64,000 nucleotides of DNA from Gemmatimonadales bacterium (lineage in GTDB: Bacteria; Gemmatimonadota; Gemmatimonadetes; Gemmatimonadales; GWC2-71-9), in assembly GCA_037189525.1 (NCBI GenBank), contig JBBCJC010000001.1, positions 768,001 to 832,000 on the forward strand. Direction: 5' to 3'. Both the position numbers and the translations under genes were made by a program. Positions 28,260 through 36,292 of the stretch are shown here, piece by piece; the stretch's first letter is position 1; each line of letters begins with the position of its first letter. The notes under the pieces are model-generated. The model saw nothing but the letters and a program-made list of their open reading frames with translations, was not told the DNA's origin and made no database searches.

Positions 28260-29021
28260 ATGAACCCGACCCTGCCCCGGCTCAGTCGAGAGCGGCCGAC
28301 CGCCCGAGGATCGATGACCTCTCCCGCCACCCCGCGTACCCACGACCCACTGTCGGATGCGAACCGCGCGGACGTCGCCGCCCATACGCTTGCATCCCGG
28401 ATTCTCCGTGGCGAGCTTGCTCCCGGCACGCGCCTCCCGGAAATCGAGCTCGCGACCGCACTGGACGTCTCCCGCAACACGCTGCGCGAAGCGATCAAGA
28501 TTCTGGCGGCGCGCGGGTTGGTGCAGCTGCAGCGGCACCGGAGCGCTACAGTGGCCACGCTGTCGGCGGATGGCGTCCGGGATCTCTATCGGATGCGCCG
28601 GCTGCTCGAACTGTCCGCCGTCGAGGCCAGCGCCGGCCAACCGGCCGAGAGCTTTCATGAGATCGGCGCAGCGATCGGCCAACTGACCCGGGCGGCAACG
28701 CTCGACGACCCGGTTGCGATCATCGAGGCCGACCTCGCCTTTCATCGGGCCGTGGTCCGCCTCCATGGCAGCGAACGCATCGAATCGGCGTTTACGGCGG
28801 GCCTCGACGAGTTGCGGCTGGGATTGGCCCTGCTCGATGCGCGGACCGAGCCGACGCTGGGCGGGCTGGTTGACGACCATCGGGCCATGTACGGACTGCT
28901 GCTGCGTGGCGAGCAGGATGGGTGTCGGCAGTTACTCCGCGCGCATCTTGGCGCATCGGAGGAGCAGGTACTGACGGCGCTCGAACGAGCCGGCAACGGA
29001 GGTTCGAGCAACGGACCCTGA
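28260..29021 (+). CDS. GntR family regulator (FCD domain)
   Basis: ILRGELAPGTRL.E.ELA..LDVSRNTLREA; DLAFH, DDH; start may be 28314. Confidence 0.92.
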   Translation: MNPTLPRLSRERPTARGSMTSPATPRTHDPLSDANRADVAAHTLASRILRGELAPGTRLPEIELATALDVSRNTLREAIKILAARGLVQLQRHRSATVATLSADGVRDLYRMRRLLELSAVEASAGQPAESFHEIGAAIGQLTRAATLDDPVAIIEADLAFHRAVVRLHGSERIESAFTAGLDELRLGLALLDARTEPTLGGLVDDHRAMYGLLLRGEQDGCRQLLRAHLGASEEQVLTALERAGNGGSSNGP

Positions 29022-29039
29022 ATACAACCGAGTGGAGGT

Positions 29040-29813
29040 TTGGTGTCATCCGATCCGATTCACGACGGCAACGTCTCCAGTACCCTGGCCGACGGCATCG
29101 CCACGATCAGCTTTGGTCACCCCAAGAGCAATTCCCTCCCGGGCGCGCTGCTCGGCAAACTCGCCGACACCATTCGAGAAGCTGGTAACGACCCCGCCGC
29201 GCGCGTCATCGTGCTGCGCAGCGAAGGAACCGGCCCGTTCTGCGCCGGCGCATCGTTCGACGAGCTCCGCGCCGTCAGCGACGCCGCCGCCGGCCAGCGG
29301 TTCTTCTCGGGGTTTGCCAAGGTGATCCTGGCCATGATCCGGGCGCCCAAGTTCGTGCTGGCGCGGGTCCACGGCAAAGCGACCGGCGGTGGGATCGGCG
29401 TGATTGCAGCCGCCGACTGGTCGATTGCCACGACCGGCGCCGCAATCAAACTGAGCGAGCTCGCCGTCGGGATCGGCCCGTTCGTGGTGGGACCGGTAAT
29501 CGAGAAGAAGATCGGCTTGGGCGCCTATGCCGCGATGAGCGTCGACGCCGACTGGCGCTCCGCCGAATGGGGTGCGCAGCATTCGCTCTACGCCGAAGTC
29601 CACCCCTCCGTAGCGGAGATGGACGCCGCCCTGGATAAGCGAGCCGCGTGGCTGGCCTCGTGCAACCCGCTGGCCATGGCGCAGATCAAGGCCGTCTTCT
29701 GGGAAGGCACCGAGGGATGGGACGAACTGCTCGCCAAGCGCGCGGCCATGAGCGGCGGGCTCGTGCTGACGGAGCCCGCCCGCGCCGCCATCGCGGCGGC
29801 GTTCAGGCGCTAG
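29040..29813 (+). CDS. Enoyl-CoA hydratase/isomerase family
   Basis: FCAGAS, GKATGGG, LSELAVGIGP. Confidence 0.9.
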   Translation: MVSSDPIHDGNVSSTLADGIATISFGHPKSNSLPGALLGKLADTIREAGNDPAARVIVLRSEGTGPFCAGASFDELRAVSDAAAGQRFFSGFAKVILAMIRAPKFVLARVHGKATGGGIGVIAAADWSIATTGAAIKLSELAVGIGPFVVGPVIEKKIGLGAYAAMSVDADWRSAEWGAQHSLYAEVHPSVAEMDAALDKRAAWLASCNPLAMAQIKAVFWEGTEGWDELLAKRAAMSGGLVLTEPARAAIAAAFRR

Positions 29814-29814
29814 C

Positions 29815-30840
29815 TCAGAAGACGACTTTGACGATGCGCCCAGCCGGCCCGGTCAGCCAGCCGATGCCGGTCGACGAAAAGCCGATGCCCCAGTAGTTCC
29901 CTCCATCGAGGAGGGCCCAGGTCTCACCGTGGTCCTCGGTCCAGGCCGCCCCTTTCGGGCCGACCGCGACCACGGTTTTCGGCTGGAGCGGAACATAGGC
30001 CAAACCATAGACCGGACCGGGAAACGCCGGCCGCCCTGCCAGCGCCCAGCTGCGGCCGCCGTCGATACTCACGATCACATTGTCGAGGTAGGCGTCCGGT
30101 GCACCGAGATCGCCGCCGGCCGCCATGCCGAGTCGATCGCCGGCAAAGGCAAGGCTGGCGATTCCCGACGCAGGAGCGGCGTTGAAGATCGGCGTACCGA
30201 TCGCCGAGGATTTGTCGACCCCGAACCGCAATACCCGCCCACCCACCGCGGTCCCTACCCAGGCGCTCAAGTCCGATCGCATCACCACACAGGTGCCGCT
30301 TGCCGCGAAGGCACCTTCCCCAGCCAGCGGACGGATCGTCCCACCTGGCGGCGCATAAGCAGCCCAGGTCCGACCACCATCCGCGCTGCGAATCAGCGGA
30401 AACGCGTCGCCGACCGCATCACTGAACGCAATTCCGACCTCGCCGTGGAAATCGAAACAGTCGAAGAAGGCCTTCGGCTCACGATTGGTAAACGTCAGCA
30501 ACCAGCTCGCGCCGCCGTTCTCCGTCCGGTACACCCGGGAACGATCGCCAGGCCCCGCCGCGAGGACCACGGCACGATCGGCATCGAAGGCATGGATATC
30601 GCGAAACTCGAGCGAGTCCGCACCTGGCACGACTTGGGCAACCCAGGTAGTACCACCGTCAGTGGTGCGCACGACGGTCCCCCGAACACCGCTCGCCCAC
30701 ACTACGAGATCGTTCACGACCGACACTGCCTGCAAACGAGCCGTCGTACCCGACGACTGCACCTCGAGCTTCGGCTCGTCCTGCGCGACCACGACCGCCG
30801 GCGCAGCAAGACCCAGCACCAGCGTGATCAGATTCCGCAT
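29815..30840 (-). CDS. Secreted BNR-repeat (YCF48-like) beta-propeller
   Basis: Asp-boxes TTDGGTTW, TENGGASW, SADGGRTW, SIDGGRSW; FAASGT. Confidence 0.85.
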   Translation of the reverse strand: MRNLITLVLGLAAPAVVVAQDEPKLEVQSSGTTARLQAVSVVNDLVVWASGVRGTVVRTTDGGTTWVAQVVPGADSLEFRDIHAFDADRAVVLAAGPGDRSRVYRTENGGASWLLTFTNREPKAFFDCFDFHGEVGIAFSDAVGDAFPLIRSADGGRTWAAYAPPGGTIRPLAGEGAFAASGTCVVMRSDLSAWVGTAVGGRVLRFGVDKSSAIGTPIFNAAPASGIASLAFAGDRLGMAAGGDLGAPDAYLDNVIVSIDGGRSWALAGRPAFPGPVYGLAYVPLQPKTVVAVGPKGAAWTEDHGETWALLDGGNYWGIGFSSTGIGWLTGPAGRIVKVVF

Positions 30841-30842
30841 CC

Positions 30843-31691
30843 TCACCTCACGGTTCGCGACAACCAGTCGTTCAACACAGCAAGCGTAGCGTCCGGACGC
30901 GCCTGCGGGAAGAGGTGACCCGCATCCTCCACCACGACAGACTCCGACCAGGGCACCGCCGCCTCGCATTCGGCGCGAGCGTCGGACATGAACGTGTCGG
31001 ACGTCGCCCCGGCCACGACCAGGATCGGTAGCGTCGGATCGAGCTTCGCCATCTCGCGCCAGGTGTCCGTTTTGAAGGCGTGATAGTAGTAAGCTTCCCA
31101 GGCCGCCGGCCAAGCCAGCACATAGCCGCCGGAACCGTCGGGGCGGAGTCCGCCATTCACGTACCGCATCAACGCGGCGTCGGACCAGTCGGCAAAAAGC
31201 CGGCGCCGGCGCCAGACATCAAACGCCTCCTCACGAGAGGAGAAATGACTGCGACGCCTGATGGCCTGCCGAGCCAGCGGATGACCGTTCGGCTGCCAAT
31301 TCGCTTGCTTGGCACGGGCATAGCGATCCATCCCTTCGGCCGGAAGGATGACCGGGTCGAGCAGCACCAGCGCCCGGAAGAGCGAACGCCGCATGGTGGC
31401 GGCCACCAGGGAGGCCACCGCACCGAACGAATGGCCCACCGCGACGACATCATGCAAACCGTGCTGCTCGATGCCGGCCACGAGATCCGCCGCCAAATCG
31501 CTCCAGTCTCCATTGCCGGCCGGAGGACTACCGATGCCGGGCCATAGCGCGCGCGGCGGTAGTGTCACGCAGCGGAACTGCGCCGCCAACCCATCGAAGA
31601 TCGGCCGATAGCTTTCGAGCGGAAACCCGTTCGCCGGCGCCCAGTGCAGCACCGGTCCGGCGCCGCCGTGTTCGATCAGAGGATACGTCAT
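30843..31691 (-). CDS. Alpha/beta hydrolase
   Basis: ANGF, GHSFG, LLDP, GHLFP. Confidence 0.88.
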   Translation of the reverse strand: MTYPLIEHGGAGPVLHWAPANGFPLESYRPIFDGLAAQFRCVTLPPRALWPGIGSPPAGNGDWSDLAADLVAGIEQHGLHDVVAVGHSFGAVASLVAATMRRSLFRALVLLDPVILPAEGMDRYARAKQANWQPNGHPLARQAIRRRSHFSSREEAFDVWRRRRLFADWSDAALMRYVNGGLRPDGSGGYVLAWPAAWEAYYYHAFKTDTWREMAKLDPTLPILVVAGATSDTFMSDARAECEAAVPWSESVVVEDAGHLFPQARPDATLAVLNDWLSRTVR

Positions 31692-31800
31692 GTGTCAGGA
31701 AGCATTACGGTATCGACGATGCGGAGCAAGATCCGAACGGGTATCTTGGAGGGATCCGTCGCCCCGTCCCGGGGTCTGATTCCCTGCTTCCGCCGACTCG

Positions 31801-33171
31801 ATGACCATGCTGTCTCTCCCTCAACCCTTCCGTCGTCCGGCTGCAGGGCTTTCCCGCCGGGCCACCCCATGGCTCGTCGCGCTCGGCGTCATGTCCGCTC
31901 TTCCGCTCGCGGCCCAGAGCGGCCTGGCGCCCGAGGAGCGGCGGATCAGACAGGCCGTCGACACCCACTTCGACGGCGCGGTCGCCCTGCTCGAAGAAAC
32001 CATCAACATCCCGAGCGGCACGCTCAACGTAGCCGGAGTCCGCGAGGTGGGTCGCGTCTATCGCCGTGAACTCGATGCGATCGGATTCAAAACCAGTTGG
32101 GTCGAGCTGCCGCCGGCCTTGCGACGGGCCGGTCATCTCGTGGCCGAATGGCAGGGGCCGCGCTTCCGGCCCGGCGGCAAACGGCTCCTTCTGATCGGCC
32201 ATCTCGACACGGTATTCGAGGGCGACTCCGAGAGGTTCGTGCGCAGCGACAGCGTGGTGCGCGGCGCCGGCGCGGTCGACATGAAGGGCGGCAACGTCGC
32301 CGTGATCCTTGCACTCAAAGCGCTCAAGGCGTCGGGCGCGCTCGACGCGACCTCGATCATCGTGATCTTCACGGGCGACGAAGAATCGGCCGGCCGGCCG
32401 CTGGAGGTGTCCCGCAAGGCGCTGATCGACGCGGCCCGCCGGAGCGACCTGGCTCTGGCGTTCGAAGGTGGCGACGCACGCACCGCGACGATTGCCCGCC
32501 GCGGCGCCTCGAGCTGGGTGCTGACCACCACCGGTAAGCAGGCCCACTCTTCGGGCATCTTCCGGGAAGGCACCGGTTTCGGCGCGATCTACGAAAGCGC
32601 CCGGATCCTGAACGAGTTCCGGGAACGCCTCTGGAAGCAGCCCTATCTCACCTTCAGCCCCGGCACCATCGTCGGCGGCACCGAGGTGGAATACGACACC
32701 GCCACGGTGAGCGGCAAGACGTCGGGCAAGACCAACATCGTGCCACAGCGCGTCGTGGTCCACGGCGATCTGCGCACCCTGACCAAGGGTCAGGAAGATT
32801 CGGTCCGCGCCGTGATGCGCGAAATCGTTTCGAACCACCTTCCCGGTACCAGCGCGCGGATCGAGTTCGAAGACGGCTATCCCGGCATGCCACCCACCGA
32901 CGGCGGGCGTCAGGCGCTTCGCGTCTTCGATCAGGTGAGCCAGGACCTGGGCTACCCGCCGATCGAAGCGCTGCCGCCTGAGCGACGCGGCGCCGGCGAC
33001 ATCGGGTTCATCGCCGAGATCATTCCCGGCCTGGACGGATTGGGGGTGGACGGCTTCGGCTCACACGCGCCGAGCGAGGGGATGTATCTGCCGTCCCTTC
33101 GGATGGCGGCGCTGCGCGGCGCGGTGTTGATCAACCGTCTCTCGCGCCCGGCGCAGCCCGCCACCGACTGA
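31801..33171 (+). CDS. M20 family metallopeptidase (carboxypeptidase G2-like), secreted
   Basis: GHLDTV, DMKGG, GDEE, FE, GSH; signal peptide. Confidence 0.9.
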   Translation: MTMLSLPQPFRRPAAGLSRRATPWLVALGVMSALPLAAQSGLAPEERRIRQAVDTHFDGAVALLEETINIPSGTLNVAGVREVGRVYRRELDAIGFKTSWVELPPALRRAGHLVAEWQGPRFRPGGKRLLLIGHLDTVFEGDSERFVRSDSVVRGAGAVDMKGGNVAVILALKALKASGALDATSIIVIFTGDEESAGRPLEVSRKALIDAARRSDLALAFEGGDARTATIARRGASSWVLTTTGKQAHSSGIFREGTGFGAIYESARILNEFRERLWKQPYLTFSPGTIVGGTEVEYDTATVSGKTSGKTNIVPQRVVVHGDLRTLTKGQEDSVRAVMREIVSNHLPGTSARIEFEDGYPGMPPTDGGRQALRVFDQVSQDLGYPPIEALPPERRGAGDIGFIAEIIPGLDGLGVDGFGSHAPSEGMYLPSLRMAALRGAVLINRLSRPAQPATD

Positions 33172-33175
33172 AGGG

Positions 33176-34330
33176 TCAGTACCGATTGAGGGAGGGATCC
33201 ACGTCGGTCCGCCAGGCGAGGATCCCGCCCGACAGGTTGGTAACCTGGGCAAACCCGGCATCGACCAGCTGTTCTGCTGCCTGCAAGCTCCGCACACCAC
33301 CCTTGCAGTAGACCACGATCTCTCGATCACGCGGGAGCTGCTCCAGCGACCGACCGACCTCGCCCAACGGAATCAGCTCGGCCCCTTCGATCCGCGCGAT
33401 GGCCCATTCATGCGGCTCGCGCACGTCGAGCAGGAAGAAGTCGTCGCCCCGCTTCCGCTTGGCATCGAGCTCGGTGGCCGAGATGTCGCGCACGCCGGAC
33501 TTGGCGGGCGGCACTTCGCAGGCCACGTCGAGATCGACCAGTTCCTTGATCTCGCGCGTCCCGCACGCCGGGCAGTTCGGATCCTTGCGCACCTTGAGCC
33601 GGCGGAACTGCATGTCGAGCGCGTCGACCAGCAGCAGCTCGCCGATCAGCGGCCGGCCGATGCCCAGCACCAGCTTGATGGCCTCGGTGGCCTGAATGGT
33701 TCCGACCAGACCCGGCAGGACACCCAGCACGCCACCTTCGGCGCAATTGGGCACCGCGCCGGCCGGCGGCGGAACCCGGAAGAGGCAGCGATAGCAGGGA
33801 CCATCCTTGGTCGCAAAGACCGACGCCTGGCCTTCGAACCGGAAGATGCTGCCGTACGCGTTAGGCACCCCGGTCAGCACGCAGGCATCGTTGACCAGGT
33901 AACGGGTCCCGAAGTTGTCGGTCCCGTCCACCACGACATCATATCCTTCGATGATCTCGAGCGCATTCTCGGCCGAGAGCCGCGTATCGTAGCGCTCGAT
34001 TTTGGTGTACGGGTTCAGATTGAGCAGCCGCGCTTCGGCGGAGTCGAGCTTCGACTGGCCGACCGTGCTGGTGCTGTGCAGGATCTGGCGCTGCAGGTTC
34101 GAAGCATCGACCGTGTCGAAATCGACGATTCCCAAATGACCGACACCCGCAGCGGCCAGATAGAGCGCCACCGGCGAGCCGAGCCCGCCGGCGCCGACGA
34201 CGAGGATACGCGCCTTCTTGAGCTGTTCCTGCCCGGCAAGCCCGACTTCCGGCAGAATGATATGGCGGCTGTAGCGAACCAGTTCGTCCTGGTTCAGCGT
34301 CCCAGCGGCCCGAGGAGCAACTGATGCCAT
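33176..34330 (-). CDS. moeB: MoeB/MoeZ-like adenylyltransferase with C-terminal rhodanese
   Basis: RYSRH, GAGGLG, SNLQRQ, CYRC, CPAC, YCKGGVRS. Confidence 0.93.
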   Translation of the reverse strand: MASVAPRAAGTLNQDELVRYSRHIILPEVGLAGQEQLKKARILVVGAGGLGSPVALYLAAAGVGHLGIVDFDTVDASNLQRQILHSTSTVGQSKLDSAEARLLNLNPYTKIERYDTRLSAENALEIIEGYDVVVDGTDNFGTRYLVNDACVLTGVPNAYGSIFRFEGQASVFATKDGPCYRCLFRVPPPAGAVPNCAEGGVLGVLPGLVGTIQATEAIKLVLGIGRPLIGELLLVDALDMQFRRLKVRKDPNCPACGTREIKELVDLDVACEVPPAKSGVRDISATELDAKRKRGDDFFLLDVREPHEWAIARIEGAELIPLGEVGRSLEQLPRDREIVVYCKGGVRSLQAAEQLVDAGFAQVTNLSGGILAWRTDVDPSLNRY

Positions 34331-34334
34331 CGTG

Positions 34335-34610
34335 TTACCCTCCTGCGATGGCGGACACGACACTGATGTCGTCGCCATCCTTGACCGGGGTGTCGAGGCC
34401 GCTCAGGAACCGGGCATCCTCGTCGTTGACGTAAATCGTGACGAACGCGTTGGCCGGATCGGTGGCCTGTTCGAGCCGGCGACCGAGTTCCGGGTAGTCG
34501 CGGGTGACGTGACCGAGCGCCTCGCCCAGCGTGGCACCGGCAACCGTGTGAGCTTTGAGACCGCCGGCGTGACGCGCGAGAACGGTGGGAAGCGTGATGG
34601 TGACAGCCAT
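34335..34610 (-). CDS. MoaD/ThiS family sulfur carrier (CysO-like)
   Basis: IYVNDED.RFL.GLDTP; C-terminal IAGG. Confidence 0.92.
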   Translation of the reverse strand: MAVTITLPTVLARHAGGLKAHTVAGATLGEALGHVTRDYPELGRRLEQATDPANAFVTIYVNDEDARFLSGLDTPVKDGDDISVVSAIAGG

Positions 34611-34626
34611 GATAATACTCCGTTCT

Positions 34627-35880
34627 CTAGTGTTGGTACGCGTCCACGACCTTCGCCACTTCGCCGAGCTTGCTCGAGACGACGGGAATGTCGAAGAAGT
34701 CGGGTGATACGGCATCGGGCGTCTTGAGCCCGTGCGCCGTGACACAGATGACAACCTCGTCATCCGCCTTGAAATGCCCCTTCGCAGCGAGCGCCTGCGC
34801 CGCAGCAGCGGTGACACCGCCAGCCGTTTCCGTGAAGACGCCGGTCGTCTCGGCCAGGATCCGGATGGCCTTGATCAGGTCCTCATCCGAGACCGCCGCA
34901 GCCCAGCCGCCGCTGTCGCGGATGCATTGGGCCGCGCGGGCGCCGTCCGCCGGCGCGCCGATCGCCAGCGACTTGGCGATGGTGTTCGGAATCACCGGCG
35001 TGATCGTCGTGGCCCCGCTCTCGACCGCATTGACGATGGGCGAGCAGCCGGACGCCTGCGCTCCGTAGAGCCGCGGCGCCGGGCCGTCGACCAGACCGGC
35101 GGCGCGGAACTCGCCGAAGCCCTTGTACAGCTTCGACAGGAGCGACCCGCCGGCCAGCGGTGCCACCACCGCCGTCGGCAGCCGCCATCCGAGCTGCTCG
35201 GCGATCTCGAACGCCACCGTCTTGGAGCCTTCGCCGTAGTAGGGGCGCAGGTTGACGTTGACGATGCCCCAGGCGTAGCGATCCGCCAGCTGGGCACAGA
35301 GCCGGTTCACGTCGTCGTAGTTGCCCTTGATCTTGAGCACCCGCGCGCCGGCCACGGCCGAGGCGAGGATCTTGGCGGGCTCGAGCGTCTCGGGCACCAG
35401 GACCCAGGCCGGAATCCCGGCCCGCGCCGCATGCGCAGCCACCGCGATGGCGAGGTTCCCGGTGGAGGCGCAACCGATCGTGCCGAGGCCAAGGCCGGCC
35501 GCTGCGTTGATGGCACTGGCTACGACGCGATCTTTGAACGAAAGGGTCGGGTGGGCTACCGTGTCGTTCTTGACCCAGGCCCGGGCCACCCCGAGCAGGG
35601 CCGCCAACCGCGGGGCTTCGACCAGCGGAGTAAAGCCGGTGTCGAGGGAGTGGATCGGCTCGCCCAGGAACGGGAGCCATTCACGGTAACGCCAGAGCGA
35701 GGGGGCCCGATCCGCGATCTCTTCGCGGCTCGGCAGGCGCCGGCTCGGATCGTAATAGGGCTCGAGGGGTCCGAGACATTCCGGACAGATGGCCTGCGCA
35801 ATCGGCTCGTGCGAGATCCCGCAGTGGCCGCAGACGAGGGGAACCGGCTGGGTAGCAGCTTCGAGCGAAACGACGGTCAA
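34627..35880 (-). CDS. thrC: Threonine synthase family PLP enzyme (possibly O-phosphohomoserine sulfhydrylase)
   Basis: N-terminal CxxC..CxxC, PTLSFKDR, ASTGN, EGSKT; TTG start. Confidence 0.8.
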   Translation of the reverse strand: MTVVSLEAATQPVPLVCGHCGISHEPIAQAICPECLGPLEPYYDPSRRLPSREEIADRAPSLWRYREWLPFLGEPIHSLDTGFTPLVEAPRLAALLGVARAWVKNDTVAHPTLSFKDRVVASAINAAAGLGLGTIGCASTGNLAIAVAAHAARAGIPAWVLVPETLEPAKILASAVAGARVLKIKGNYDDVNRLCAQLADRYAWGIVNVNLRPYYGEGSKTVAFEIAEQLGWRLPTAVVAPLAGGSLLSKLYKGFGEFRAAGLVDGPAPRLYGAQASGCSPIVNAVESGATTITPVIPNTIAKSLAIGAPADGARAAQCIRDSGGWAAAVSDEDLIKAIRILAETTGVFTETAGGVTAAAAQALAAKGHFKADDEVVICVTAHGLKTPDAVSPDFFDIPVVSSKLGEVAKVVDAYQH

Positions 35881-35967
35881 GGGACTCTCTCTCCATCCCC
35901 ACGCGTCTCTGGTCTCGAGGCACCGGCAAAGAAAATCGCCCGGGTGCCAAAAGACACGCGAGCGCGT

Positions 35968-36019
35968 GGCTTTTTAGCGTTTGTTTAGCGTGGCCGCAAT
36001 ATGCCGCAAATTGCCACGA
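35968..36019 (-). ncRNA. SAM-II (SAM_alpha-like) riboswitch
   Basis: Minus strand CGTGGC-AATTTG-CGGCATA-TTGC-GGCCACG-CTAAACAAAC-GCTAAAAAGCC: P1 CGTGGC/GCCACG, pseudoknot TTTGCGGC / GCTAAAAAGCC. Confidence 0.8.
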
Positions 36020-36078
36020 GCCAACAATTGTCCCCAAACGCTAACACTCGGCCCCGAATCGCGCAAGGGGGTGGGCTC

Positions 36079-36107
36079 TTGCGGCCGGAAGGGCCGCTCA
36101 CTAGCTT
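36079..36107 (+). promoter_or_regulatory. Sigma70-type promoter, likely leaderless
   Basis: TTGCGG-N17-TAGCTT, 7 nt before the leader-peptide ATG; no SD. Confidence 0.5.
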
Positions 36108-36114
36108 GTCGGCC

Positions 36115-36213
36115 ATGTTCGCAACGAAGCGCACCGGCACGACGTCCACGACCTTCATGACGAAGGGCGGCATGACCATGTGCAGCCGGCGCGGCGCGAA
36201 CGACACAGACTGA
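36115..36213 (+). CDS. Thr/Met/Lys-rich attenuator leader peptide (32 aa)
   Basis: MFATKRTGTTSTTFMTKGGMTMCSRRGANDTD: 9 Thr, 4 Met, 2 Lys; followed by a terminator and asd. Confidence 0.75.
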   Translation: MFATKRTGTTSTTFMTKGGMTMCSRRGANDTD

Positions 36214-36242
36214 CGCAAGTAACCAGACTGGATTGTCCAACG

Positions 36243-36272
36243 CCCCGCGCCTCGAACGAGCGCGGGGTTTTT
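36243..36272 (+). terminator. Attenuator terminator
   Basis: CCCCGCGC-ctcgaacga-GCGCGGGG-TTTTT; antiterminator strand GGCGCGGCGCG at 36188-36198. Confidence 0.8.
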
Positions 36273-36292
36273 CATTTTCGAGGAGCGTTCTC

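Noticed and set aside
26614..28263. 549-aa plus-strand ORF, and similar long antisense ORFs (e.g. 49562-51070, 37303-38658)
   Set aside because: Shadow frames opposite well-supported genes, expected at high GC; no motifs
31801..33171. M20 peptidase as the enzyme releasing homocysteine from the sulfur carrier
   Set aside because: Convergent orientation and a signal peptide; the release step is cytoplasmic and usually JAMM-type
33176..34610. MoeB/MoaD as a bacterial ubiquitination or defence system, or Moco synthesis
   Set aside because: No E2-like, JAB or moaE genes; the context with a ThrC-family enzyme and SAM riboswitch indicates sulfur transfer
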